Part shown: positions 17,035 to 24,619 of the stretch, piece by piece | How the letters are laid out: each line of letters starts with the position of its first letter | Position numbering within the stretch: position 1 is the stretch's first letter | NCBI GenBank assembly: GCA_031267005.1 | Contig: JAIRZX010000513.1 | Location: forward strand, 1 to 37,185 | Direction of reading: 5' to 3' | DNA length: 37,185 bases | DNA from: Deltaproteobacteria bacterium | Lineage (GTDB): Bacteria; Desulfobacterota; Desulfarculia; Adiutricales; Adiutricaceae | Translations under genes and position numbers: made by a program | Notes under the pieces: generated by a model | Seen by the model: the letters and a program-made list of their open reading frames with translations, nothing else | Database searches by the model: none | What the model was told of the DNA's origin: nothing

Positions 17035-17871
17035 ATGGAACTGCCCGAAAGCATCAGGAAGGGCGAGCTGGGCCGCTGGCTCGTGGGCATAGCGCTCGCC
17101 GTCCCCACGATAGCGGCCGTGCTGATCGAGAACAAGGTCTGGATCCTCCTCGTCGGCCTCCTGGCCGGGGGCGCGGCCTGGTGGGAGTTCGCCTCCAACC
17201 TCTTCGGGCCCCGCTACAGGGGCCTGGCGGCCCTGGGGCTTGCCGGATGGGCCGCTACCGCGCTCGGGGCCTGCCTCGTGGGGCCGGAGGGGCAGATGGC
17301 CGGGCTCGCGCTGTCCCTGGCCCTCGGCGGGGTTTACCTCATGCGGGTGCTGCCGGAAGGCACGGACGCCGTCTCCGTAAACCTCCTCTCCCGTTACGCC
17401 TTGGGGCACCTGTACATTTCCTTCTTCCTGTCCTTCGTCTTCCTCATAAAGACCCTGGACAGCGGATCGCGGCTCCTTTTCTTCGTGATACTGGTTACGG
17501 CACTGGCGGACACCGGGGCCATCTACGCCGGAACCAGGATAAAGGGCCCGAAGCTCTATCCCAAGGTAAGCCCGGGCAAGACGATTTCCGGGGTCGCCGG
17601 CGGCTGCGTCGTAGCCGTCGTGGGGGCGCTCGTTTCGGGGCTGTACCTGCCCGCCTCCTTCGGGAAGGCGGAGCTGGTCGTGTTGGGGATGGGTCTCGCG
17701 CTTTGGGGGGTAGTGGGGGACCTTTTCGAGTCCGCGATAAAAAGGGCCCTGGGCGTGAAGGACACTTCCAAGATCCTTTTGGGGCACGGGGGGTTTTGGG
17801 ACAGGCTGGACTCGCTCCTCTTCAATCTCCCGGCCTTCTACTTCTATTTCTTTTTGAGGCCGCCTGTTTGA
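17035..17871 (+). CDS. cdsA: Phosphatidate cytidylyltransferase CdsA
   Basis: Polytopic membrane protein with the CTP-transferase signature KVSPGKTISGVAGG...DLFESAIKRALGVKDTSKILLGHGGFWDRLDSLLF. Confidence 0.9.
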   Translation: MELPESIRKGELGRWLVGIALAVPTIAAVLIENKVWILLVGLLAGGAAWWEFASNLFGPRYRGLAALGLAGWAATALGACLVGPEGQMAGLALSLALGGVYLMRVLPEGTDAVSVNLLSRYALGHLYISFFLSFVFLIKTLDSGSRLLFFVILVTALADTGAIYAGTRIKGPKLYPKVSPGKTISGVAGGCVVAVVGALVSGLYLPASFGKAELVVLGMGLALWGVVGDLFESAIKRALGVKDTSKILLGHGGFWDRLDSLLFNLPAFYFYFFLRPPV

Positions 17872-17935
17872 GTCCGGACAGGTCCCTCCCGGGCCCGCAA
17901 GGCTCCCGCCAGATCCCTCCCGGGCTCCCCTCAGG

Positions 17936-17971
17936 TCCCTCCCGGGCGGGCTCGGGCCCGCCCGGGAGGGA
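17936..17971 (+). terminator. Perfect 15-bp GC-rich hairpin downstream of cdsA (no U-tract)
   Basis: tccctcccgggcggg-ctcggg-cccgcccgggaggga. The left arm is the third copy of a 16-bp motif CAGRTCCCTCCCGGGC, found at 17879-17894, 17910-17925 and 17932-17947. Confidence 0.3.
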
Positions 17972-18281
17972 ATGCCCGAAGGACGCCGCCGCCCCTGGCT
18001 AAGCCTCGTCCAGACGAACGGCGCGCCATGCCGCAGGAAACCCTAGGGAGCAGGGTTGCCGAAGGCCGCCTGACGCGGGCCGTTTGCCTAAATAATATTG
18101 CCTGAGGACTATTGCCGCCGGTCGTTCGCCGAAGGCGTCTTGCCGACGCGCCCTTGCCGCGCGCCCTTGCCGGGGCCGCTTGCCGGGCCGTCCGGGAACA
18201 TGCCGGCGAGAGGGGGGAGGGCGTCCGCACGGGCTTCGGCGTCCAAGCGGACAGCGGGCCCCGGGGCGGACGCGGATCGCC

Positions 18282-18330
18282 GCCGAAGCCGTCGCCGCCG
18301 CCGAAGCCGTCGCCGCCGCCGATGCCGTAG
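18282..18330. repeat. 18-bp tandem repeat gccgaagccgtcgccgcc (2.7 copies) just upstream of the dxr SD
   Basis: Read directly: 18282-18299 and 18300-18317 are identical, and 18318-18330 is a partial copy. Confidence 0.8.
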
Positions 18331-18357
18331 CCGCGCGCGGCTGGAAGGAGGACTCTT

Positions 18358-19638
18358 ATGGCCCTTAAGGCCCGGAAGGCAGCTCCGAAGGCCCAGCCGA
18401 GGGCGGCCGGGGGCAGGGACTCCTCGGAAATCCCCAAGACGCCTATCCCGTTGTCCGTGCTGGGCGCGACTGGCTCTATCGGGGATTCCGCGATGTCCCT
18501 CGCCCGCGCCTACCCGGAGCGCGTGCGCGTGGTGGCCATGGCCGCGGGCCGCAACGTGGAGAAGCTCAGGTCCCTGGTGGAGGAGTTCAAGCCGGAGCTG
18601 GTATCGGTGCACGGCGAGACCGAAAGGGCGAAGCTCCTGGACCTTCTCCGGAAAGGCGGGAAGGGCGGCTGCCCGGAGATATTCATAGGCCCCGACGGGC
18701 TGGATTCCGTAGCCGCGGCAGGCCCTGACGGCACGGTAGTGCTCTCCGCAGTTTCCGGGGCGGCGGGGCTGAAGCCCACCTGGGCCGCCTTGAAGGCCGG
18801 GAGGCGCGTGGCGCTCGCCAACAAGGAGAGCATGGTCCTGGGCGGCGACTTCATCATGCCCTCCATGAAAAAGCTCGTGGTGCCCGTGGATTCCGAGCAC
18901 TCGGCCGTGTTCCAGGCCCTTGGCGGGTCCCTGGACGCCAGTGGCGCGGCCAGGATAATCCTCACCTGCTCAGGCGGCCCCTTCCTCGGGCGCGGCCGGG
19001 ACGAGCTGGAGCGCGTCACCTCCGCCGAGGCCCTGGCGCATCCGAGCTGGAGCATGGGCGCGAAGATTACCGTGGACTCCGCCACGCTGCTCAACAAGGG
19101 CCTCGAGGTGATCGAGGCGCACCACCTGTTCCAGACTGGTTACGGCCGAATAAAGGTGCTGGTGCATCCCCAGAGCGTCATCCACTCCATGGTCGAGCAC
19201 GCCGACGGGCAGGTTACGGCGATCTTGGGACCTGCCGACATGAGGGCGCCTATATCCTACGCGCTGGGATTCCCTGAGCGCTGGCCGTTGTTGGGGGAGG
19301 GCGGACGCGGGCTGGACGGCTACTCTCCCTTGCCGTTCGACAGGGATCTCACTTTCGCCGAGCCCGACAGGAAGAGCTTTCCCTGCCTGAGGCTCGCCGA
19401 GGAGGCCGGACGTTCCGGGGGAGGGGCTCCGGCGGTCCTTAACGCCGCGGGCGAGGTGGCCGTCTCGGCTTTCCTGCGCGGCGAGATAGGCTTCATGGAC
19501 ATACCGAGGATCGTGGGCGACTGCCTCCACCGCCTGGGCGCGGCCAAGCTGCACAGGATAGAGGACGCCCTGGAGGAGGACCTTAAGGCCAGGTCCTACG
19601 CGATGAAGCGCGTAAAGGAGCTGCGCGGCAACGCGTGA
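18358..19638 (+). CDS. dxr: 1-deoxy-D-xylulose-5-phosphate reductoisomerase
   Basis: Motifs: LSVLGATGSIGDS, LANKESMV, VDSEHSAVFQ, SGGPF, HPSWSMGAKITVDSATLLNKGLEVIEAHHLF. A strong SD GGAAGGAGGA precedes the ATG at 18358, giving a basic N-terminal extension of about 30 aa. An in-frame TTG at 18451 would give the canonical N-terminus but has no SD. Confidence 0.93.
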   Translation: MALKARKAAPKAQPRAAGGRDSSEIPKTPIPLSVLGATGSIGDSAMSLARAYPERVRVVAMAAGRNVEKLRSLVEEFKPELVSVHGETERAKLLDLLRKGGKGGCPEIFIGPDGLDSVAAAGPDGTVVLSAVSGAAGLKPTWAALKAGRRVALANKESMVLGGDFIMPSMKKLVVPVDSEHSAVFQALGGSLDASGAARIILTCSGGPFLGRGRDELERVTSAEALAHPSWSMGAKITVDSATLLNKGLEVIEAHHLFQTGYGRIKVLVHPQSVIHSMVEHADGQVTAILGPADMRAPISYALGFPERWPLLGEGGRGLDGYSPLPFDRDLTFAEPDRKSFPCLRLAEEAGRSGGGAPAVLNAAGEVAVSAFLRGEIGFMDIPRIVGDCLHRLGAAKLHRIEDALEEDLKARSYAMKRVKELRGNA

Positions 19639-20087
19639 AGCCCTCCGGCGCTATTTGTGCCAGCGGCCGGCGCCTCGCGCGTTGTCCCTTGCCGGCTTGC
19701 CCGGAAACGCAACGGCGGGTCCGGAAGAAGCCGGTCTTCCCTCCAGCGCGCGGCGGGGCTGTTCGCCGGCGAGGCGAGGCGGGGCCCGGCCCGTGCGCGA
19801 CCGGATACGGGGGCGGTCCTGGGCGGGTTGTTGCGGGCACGCTTGAGGGGCGCGGGTAAGCCGACCGGCTCGCCGTTGCGCCGAAGGGGGGCCGGGGCGG
19901 CTGTTAGGCCCTTTGCGCAGACCCTTACGCCTCGATATTTTCCTGGACTTCAATCTCCTCCGCCCGGAGATTATCCGCCCCGGACCTCCTCCCCCTTAGG
20001 TCCCGTTTCCGGTTCTCCTTTCTTTCCCTGCCTTGGAGGCGGCTGTATTCATTTGCCGGGCTGGCGGGTTGGCGGGTTGGCGTCAAT

Positions 20088-20116
20088 TTGACACGGCAGC
20101 AGCGGAGACGTATAAT
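20088..20116 (+). promoter_or_regulatory. Perfect consensus sigma70 promoter
   Basis: TTGACA (20088-20093), exactly 17 nt, then TATAAT (20111-20116). It is followed by AGGAGG (20127-20132) 7 nt before the ATG at 20140. Confidence 0.6.
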
Positions 20117-20139
20117 ATAGAAAAAAAGGAGGCTTGGAT

Positions 20140-20559
20140 ATGGCTGGCGGCGGAAGGAGGAATATTCCCGTTTTAACCCCGGAAGAACGCGCTGCCCTAA
20201 AAAAATATTCGGAGGGGATGGCGGTTTATCTGGCCAGGGGTTCAAAGGTGGTATTGAAGTCGGCGGAAGGGTTTAGCGACGAAGTCATCGCCGTGTCGCT
20301 CAACTTAAAGCCAAGCACGGTGGCCAGATGGAGAAGGCTTTATATCGAGAAGGGCGTGGCGGGGTTCTTTGATTCCCAGTTTCCCGGCGCTCCGGCGAAA
20401 ACCGCGGCAGAGTTGAGCCAGGCTTCAGTCAGGATGGTCCTGGCGCAGCCCCCCCCGGCGGGAAAGGCCAAATGGGACGTGGAATCCGTCGCTAGCGAGA
20501 TCGGCGCCGTCCCGAGCGAGGTCTGGAAAATAATGAAGGACTTGAACATTAAAATTTAG
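20140..20559 (+). CDS. Stand-alone HTH protein corresponding to the N-terminal DNA-binding half of an IS630-type transposase (no DDE domain)
   Basis: LTPEERAALKKY...ARGSKVVLKSAEGFSDEVIAVSLNLKPSTVARWRRLYIEKGVAGFFD...KWDVESVASEIGAVPSEVWKIMKDLNIKI follows the LTxEER...RAxIVLxxAEGxSxxxIA...TVxRWRxRFxxxGxxGLxD...WSxxxLA...VxRIxxxxxLKP pattern of IS630-family N-termini. It stops where the catalytic domain would begin. Confidence 0.7.
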   Translation: MAGGGRRNIPVLTPEERAALKKYSEGMAVYLARGSKVVLKSAEGFSDEVIAVSLNLKPSTVARWRRLYIEKGVAGFFDSQFPGAPAKTAAELSQASVRMVLAQPPPAGKAKWDVESVASEIGAVPSEVWKIMKDLNIKI

Positions 20560-20980
20560 GCTCCGGCAGCATTAAGGCAGGGGCCGCTTTCTTGAATCGC
20601 CTCCGGGGATTTTCAGGTTTGTTAAATTTTTATTGCTGAAGGTATCCCGATAGCTGTGCCAGCCGGATGGATTTTTTAGTTTGCCGTCATGGGTTAAGTT
20701 TATTTTCTGAGCGGGAGGCGGATTTTTTCCGTTACCGGAAAATGATATTGCCGAGAATTTTAAAAATTTACCAAAATGTTACACACTTAACATGGTATCA
20801 AAAAAATTATTGCAGATGAACCTGGCAATAAAAATTATATTGTTTTTTGTTTTAGTTAAATTGTCAGTGGTTAACTATAAATATTTTTGCGTGTGGTATT
20901 TCTTTGCCGGAGTCGGAGTCTGTAAGGCATATTCAGATTAAGGAAACTGAGCCGTTAACGACGCGTGAAACACGAGCGTT
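20560..20980. other. Abrupt AT-rich, ORF-free patch
   Basis: Composition switches from GC-rich to AT-rich right after the HTH stop (e.g. tttaaaaatttaccaaaatgttacacacttaacatggtatcaaaaaaattattgc). No ORF of 60 aa or more occurs in any frame. Confidence 0.6.
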
Positions 20981-21452
20981 ATGAATTTATCCGAAGCGAA
21001 CGACTCCGCTGGAGTCCCATCCGCCGCGGACGGCTTCCCTCCGGCCGGAACGCCCCTCTGGTTCCGCGGCGTCCGTAGCGACAGGTTCCCCGTGCGCGGG
21101 TAAGCGCAAACGCCTGGGGCATGAAGCGCGAAGGCGTTTGGATGAAGGAACGAATCAGGAACGCGGCTTTTCCTTCGCGGCGAGTTTCGAGCGCCGCCCG
21201 TTTACCCGGTCGCCCTTGCCGTGGCGGTGCCAGGGAGCCGACTCGGAGTCCTTCCCCCGGTCTTTTAGGTATTTTTTGTTGGGGTTTTCCCCTCAGAATG
21301 GCCCCCCCCATTTTTTGCCGACGTCCGGTCCAGTCAAAAAGGGCGGACGTTCAGTAGACGGGCGCCATGAAGGCAGTTGCCTGCAGCGGCCTGAAGACCG
21401 TAGCCTTAAGATCGTCCGGTAATGCAAGGCCGGGGAGCCGGGCTCGGGGAGC

Positions 21453-21504
21453 AAAAAAAAAAGCCTTCCCGCAGGCCCCAACGAGCTGGAGGCTGCGGGA
21501 AGGC
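21453..21504 (-). terminator. Rho-independent terminator downstream of the M16 peptidase gene
   Basis: On the - strand, a 12-bp perfect stem (gccttcccgcag / ctgcgggaaggc) with an 18-nt loop is followed by U10 (the A10 run at 21453-21462 on +). It lies about 170 nt after the stop at 21676. Confidence 0.7.
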
Positions 21505-21675
21505 GTGTCGAAAGGTTGGGCCTCGCTCGGGAAGGGGCGCCGGGGCCGAAACCGGGTATCTCCCGGAAAGCCCGGACGCCCGAGCCGCTTGGGCCGGGTT
21601 CATGAGGCGGGGCTAAAAGGATGGGAGCGTACGGATTTTCAGGAAAAGGCGGGGAACCCTGCAGCCGAAACGCCG

Positions 21676-24378
21676 CTATTCAGCCTTAGGCGCCGAGTAG
21701 ATCCCCTCAGCCGCGTCGATGGAAGGCTGGGAGCCGACTACCGACAGGACCGAACGCTCAAGCGTCAGGTACTTTTCGGCGGCCTTCTTGACCTCTTCGG
21801 GGGTTACGGCGGCTACGGCGGCCAGGAATTTATCGTTTCGGTCCTGGCCTAAACCGTACAGTTCGAAAAAGGCCGATTCGCCGACGCGGCTGGAGAGGGT
21901 CTCGCGCTGAATCTTGTTGGTGCCGACAAGGTACTCTTTGGCGGCGTCCACGACCTCCTTGGAATACTGAACGTCCCGCGAATCGCGGATGATTTCCAGT
22001 ATCCCCGAGACGGCCTCGCTAGTTTTGTCCGGCGCGCAGGCGATGAAAAAGCTGAAAGAGCCCGTGGCCAGCCCCGAGCCGAAGGACGAGCCGACGCTGT
22101 AGGCAAGGGATTTCTTGTCGCGGAGTTCGGCAAAGAGCACGCCGCCCATGCCGGAAAGAAGCGAATCGAGCACCGCCAGCGCCGCTTCGTCCTTGTCCCC
22201 CATGCCGGGGGCCAGGAAGGTTATCACTATGTGGGTCTGCTCGCGGTCCAGCGCCTCGGAAGCCATTACCGGGCCCGAGAGCGGCTCGGGCGCTTCGGGG
22301 ATCTGGACGGGGGGGCTCGAGGAGGGCCCGGGCTTCCAGAACTCGAGCGCCTCGTCCAGGGCTTTCGCGGCTTCTTCGGCGGTGACGTCCCCCGCGACGG
22401 CGAAGACCATCCTCTCGGGGCGGGCGAGATCGCGGTAGATGGTTAGGGCGTCCTCACGGGAAAGCTTCGAGACCGCATCGGCGGTGCCGTAGGTTTCGAT
22501 TCCGTAGGGATGATCGCGGAACAGGGACTTGCGGGCTATGCGGAAGACCCTGTCGGAGAGGTCCTCGTCCAGATCTTTCAGGTAGGTCAGGTGTTCCTCT
22601 TTCTTGAGGTCGAAGTCGTCCTGCGAGAATGCGGGGTTGATGAGAAGTTCCGCGAAGAGGGCGAGGCCAGCCTTCCAGTCGGACGAGAGGAACGAGCCGT
22701 CAAGGCCGGTCGTGTTGCGGCCCGAGTAGCCGTTCACCCCGGCCCCGATGCCCTCGATAGCCCTGGCCATCAGCGGGGCGGCGAGCCTCTCGCTGGCCCT
22801 GGACCAGACGGAAGCCGCAACGGTGGCCAGCCCCTCCTGGCCGGGCTTCTCGGCAAGCCTCCCGCCGATAACGGCGGCTTTGATTTCGACCAGGGGGAGC
22901 GAAGGGTCCCTGAGGACGAAGAGCTTCGCGCCGCTTTTAAGCGTCACGGGCTCGAAAGCGGGGGGGGCGTCGACAGGCGCCGCCGCGGGGGCGGGGGGCG
23001 CGAGCTTCGCGACGGACGCCTTCAGCGCCGCCTCGTCGAGCTCGGGCGCGCCCTGGGGGAGCAGCACGACCACGGTGGCGTTGTCGGGGGTGAAGACGGA
23101 GGAGGCGAGCCTGGTCAGATCTGCCGGGACTATCCGCTGCAGGACGCTCAAGAAAGCGTCCTTTATGCGGTAGTCGCCGTACAGGAGTTCGTAGGCGCTT
23201 ATTTGGCCGCTTAACGAAGTCGGGGCTTCCTGGCTTCTCACGAAGGACATGGCCGCGAGCGCCCTCGCCCTGGCCAGCTCGTCGGCGTCCGGCGGTTCGG
23301 AAGCGACGCGGTTCAGCTCTGCCACGGCGGCGTCCATGGCGGGCAGGATCTTTTCCGGGGTGGTTTCGTAGATGACCAGGAACAGCCCGGCGTCCTGCAA
23401 TAAAAAGGGGTCGCTGCCGATCGAGGTGGCGAGCTTCAGCTTGTCGCGGACGATTTCCGTCATTCTCGAGGCGTCGCCGGCGGAAAGCACCGCGCCGAGG
23501 AGCTCCCCTTCCGGAGCCCCGGAATCCCTGGAGGACGGGCAGGCGAAGGCCATGAGCACCCTCGGCGTCTGCGCGTCGGGGCTGCGGATGATCCTGACCT
23601 TGGGCCCTTCCTTAGGCGGGGGGGAAACAGGCTGGCGGGCCACGGGGGAGTCGGGGCGCGTCAGATCCGCCAGGTACTTGGCCGCGAGAGCCTTAGCCTG
23701 CTCGGGGTCGAAGCCGCCGGCCACGATTAAGACGGCGTTGTCCGGGCGGTAGAACTTTTCGTGGAAGGCGAAGGCGGTTTCCCTGCTCGCCGCCGCGACC
23801 GATTCGGCGGAGCCCAACACCCTGTGGCCGTACGGGTTGTCCTTCCCGAAGCCCTCGGAGAAAGCCGAGTTGAAGAATTCGTTCAGGGGGTTGTCGCCGG
23901 ACTGCCTTATCTCCTCTATCACCACCTCCTTCTCCCTGGCGTACTCGTCGGGGTCGTAAGCGGGGTGGAACACCATGTCGGAGAGAATGTCCACGGCGGT
24001 CTCGAGCTTTTCGGAGGGAAGCGCGAGCCAGTAGACGGTCTCGTCGAAGGAGGTGTAGGCGTTGATGATTCCGCCGTTGCGCTCGACTTCCTTAGAGATC
24101 TCGCCCACCGACCTCCGGGAGGTCCCCTTGAAGGCCATGTGCTCCATAAGGTGCGCGAGCCCGTGCTCCCCTGCGCCGGCTTCGTAGCTGGATCCGGCCT
24201 TGATTAATATCCGGGCCGAGATCACGGGGTTTCCGGGCTGGGGGGCCAGGATAACTTTGAGGCCGTTGTCGAGCGTGTAGGCCACGTCGGCGGCGGACCT
24301 GGCCGGGGCGGCGGGCAACAGGGTGAGGGCCAGCGAGGCCGCGATGGCGGCCAGGCCGGACAGGATGGATGTACGCAT
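21676..24378 (-). CDS. Secreted two-unit M16 (pitrilysin/PqqL-like) zinc peptidase
   Basis: I call the ATG at 24378, after the SD GGAGA. Signal-peptide-like MRTSILSGLAAIAASLALTLLPAAPARSA. Inverted zinc motif HxxEH in GLAHLMEHMAFKGT. About 900 aa, consistent with two tandem M16 active/inactive domain pairs. The track ORF start at 24468 adds 30 non-signal residues. Confidence 0.88.
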   Translation of the reverse strand: MRTSILSGLAAIAASLALTLLPAAPARSAADVAYTLDNGLKVILAPQPGNPVISARILIKAGSSYEAGAGEHGLAHLMEHMAFKGTSRRSVGEISKEVERNGGIINAYTSFDETVYWLALPSEKLETAVDILSDMVFHPAYDPDEYAREKEVVIEEIRQSGDNPLNEFFNSAFSEGFGKDNPYGHRVLGSAESVAAASRETAFAFHEKFYRPDNAVLIVAGGFDPEQAKALAAKYLADLTRPDSPVARQPVSPPPKEGPKVRIIRSPDAQTPRVLMAFACPSSRDSGAPEGELLGAVLSAGDASRMTEIVRDKLKLATSIGSDPFLLQDAGLFLVIYETTPEKILPAMDAAVAELNRVASEPPDADELARARALAAMSFVRSQEAPTSLSGQISAYELLYGDYRIKDAFLSVLQRIVPADLTRLASSVFTPDNATVVVLLPQGAPELDEAALKASVAKLAPPAPAAAPVDAPPAFEPVTLKSGAKLFVLRDPSLPLVEIKAAVIGGRLAEKPGQEGLATVAASVWSRASERLAAPLMARAIEGIGAGVNGYSGRNTTGLDGSFLSSDWKAGLALFAELLINPAFSQDDFDLKKEEHLTYLKDLDEDLSDRVFRIARKSLFRDHPYGIETYGTADAVSKLSREDALTIYRDLARPERMVFAVAGDVTAEEAAKALDEALEFWKPGPSSSPPVQIPEAPEPLSGPVMASEALDREQTHIVITFLAPGMGDKDEAALAVLDSLLSGMGGVLFAELRDKKSLAYSVGSSFGSGLATGSFSFFIACAPDKTSEAVSGILEIIRDSRDVQYSKEVVDAAKEYLVGTNKIQRETLSSRVGESAFFELYGLGQDRNDKFLAAVAAVTPEEVKKAAEKYLTLERSVLSVVGSQPSIDAAEGIYSAPKAE

Positions 24379-24619
24379 ATGGCTGTCTCCTGCGGGTGCC
24401 TCCGGAGGCCGCGAGCGGCTTCCCGGGCCCCCTGGGGCTTTCGGGGCGGCGTTTCGGTCGCCCGGCACGGCGTTTCAGGCGGGCTCGGGCGTGAACCGGG
24501 CTGCCGGTTCAGCCGGTGGCGCGACGCGGCGCCCGGCGGTTTGCGGGGCGCCCGGCGGAAAAGGGCGGCAAGGCGACCTGAAGGCCGCGGGGGCGGGAAC
24601 GCGGCCCGCGGCGGGCCGT

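Noticed and set aside
16213-17787. 524-aa minus-strand ORF, and the 465-aa + strand ORF 16605..18002
   Set aside because: Both overlap the hypothetical gene and the signature-bearing cdsA in other frames, and both are Arg/Gly/Pro-rich.
20980-21450. Known structured RNA (RNase P RNA, tmRNA, SRP/4.5S, 6S, group II intron 5' end)
   Set aside because: I looked for hallmark strings on both strands: GGAAAGUCCGGGC and ACAGAACCCGGCUUA for RNase P, the GGGG…GGAUUCGAC 5' end and tag-ORF for tmRNA, the SRP domain IV motif, and GUGCG plus a domain V-like hairpin for group II introns. Nothing convincing turned up. A GTGCGCGGG at about 21102 alone is insufficient.
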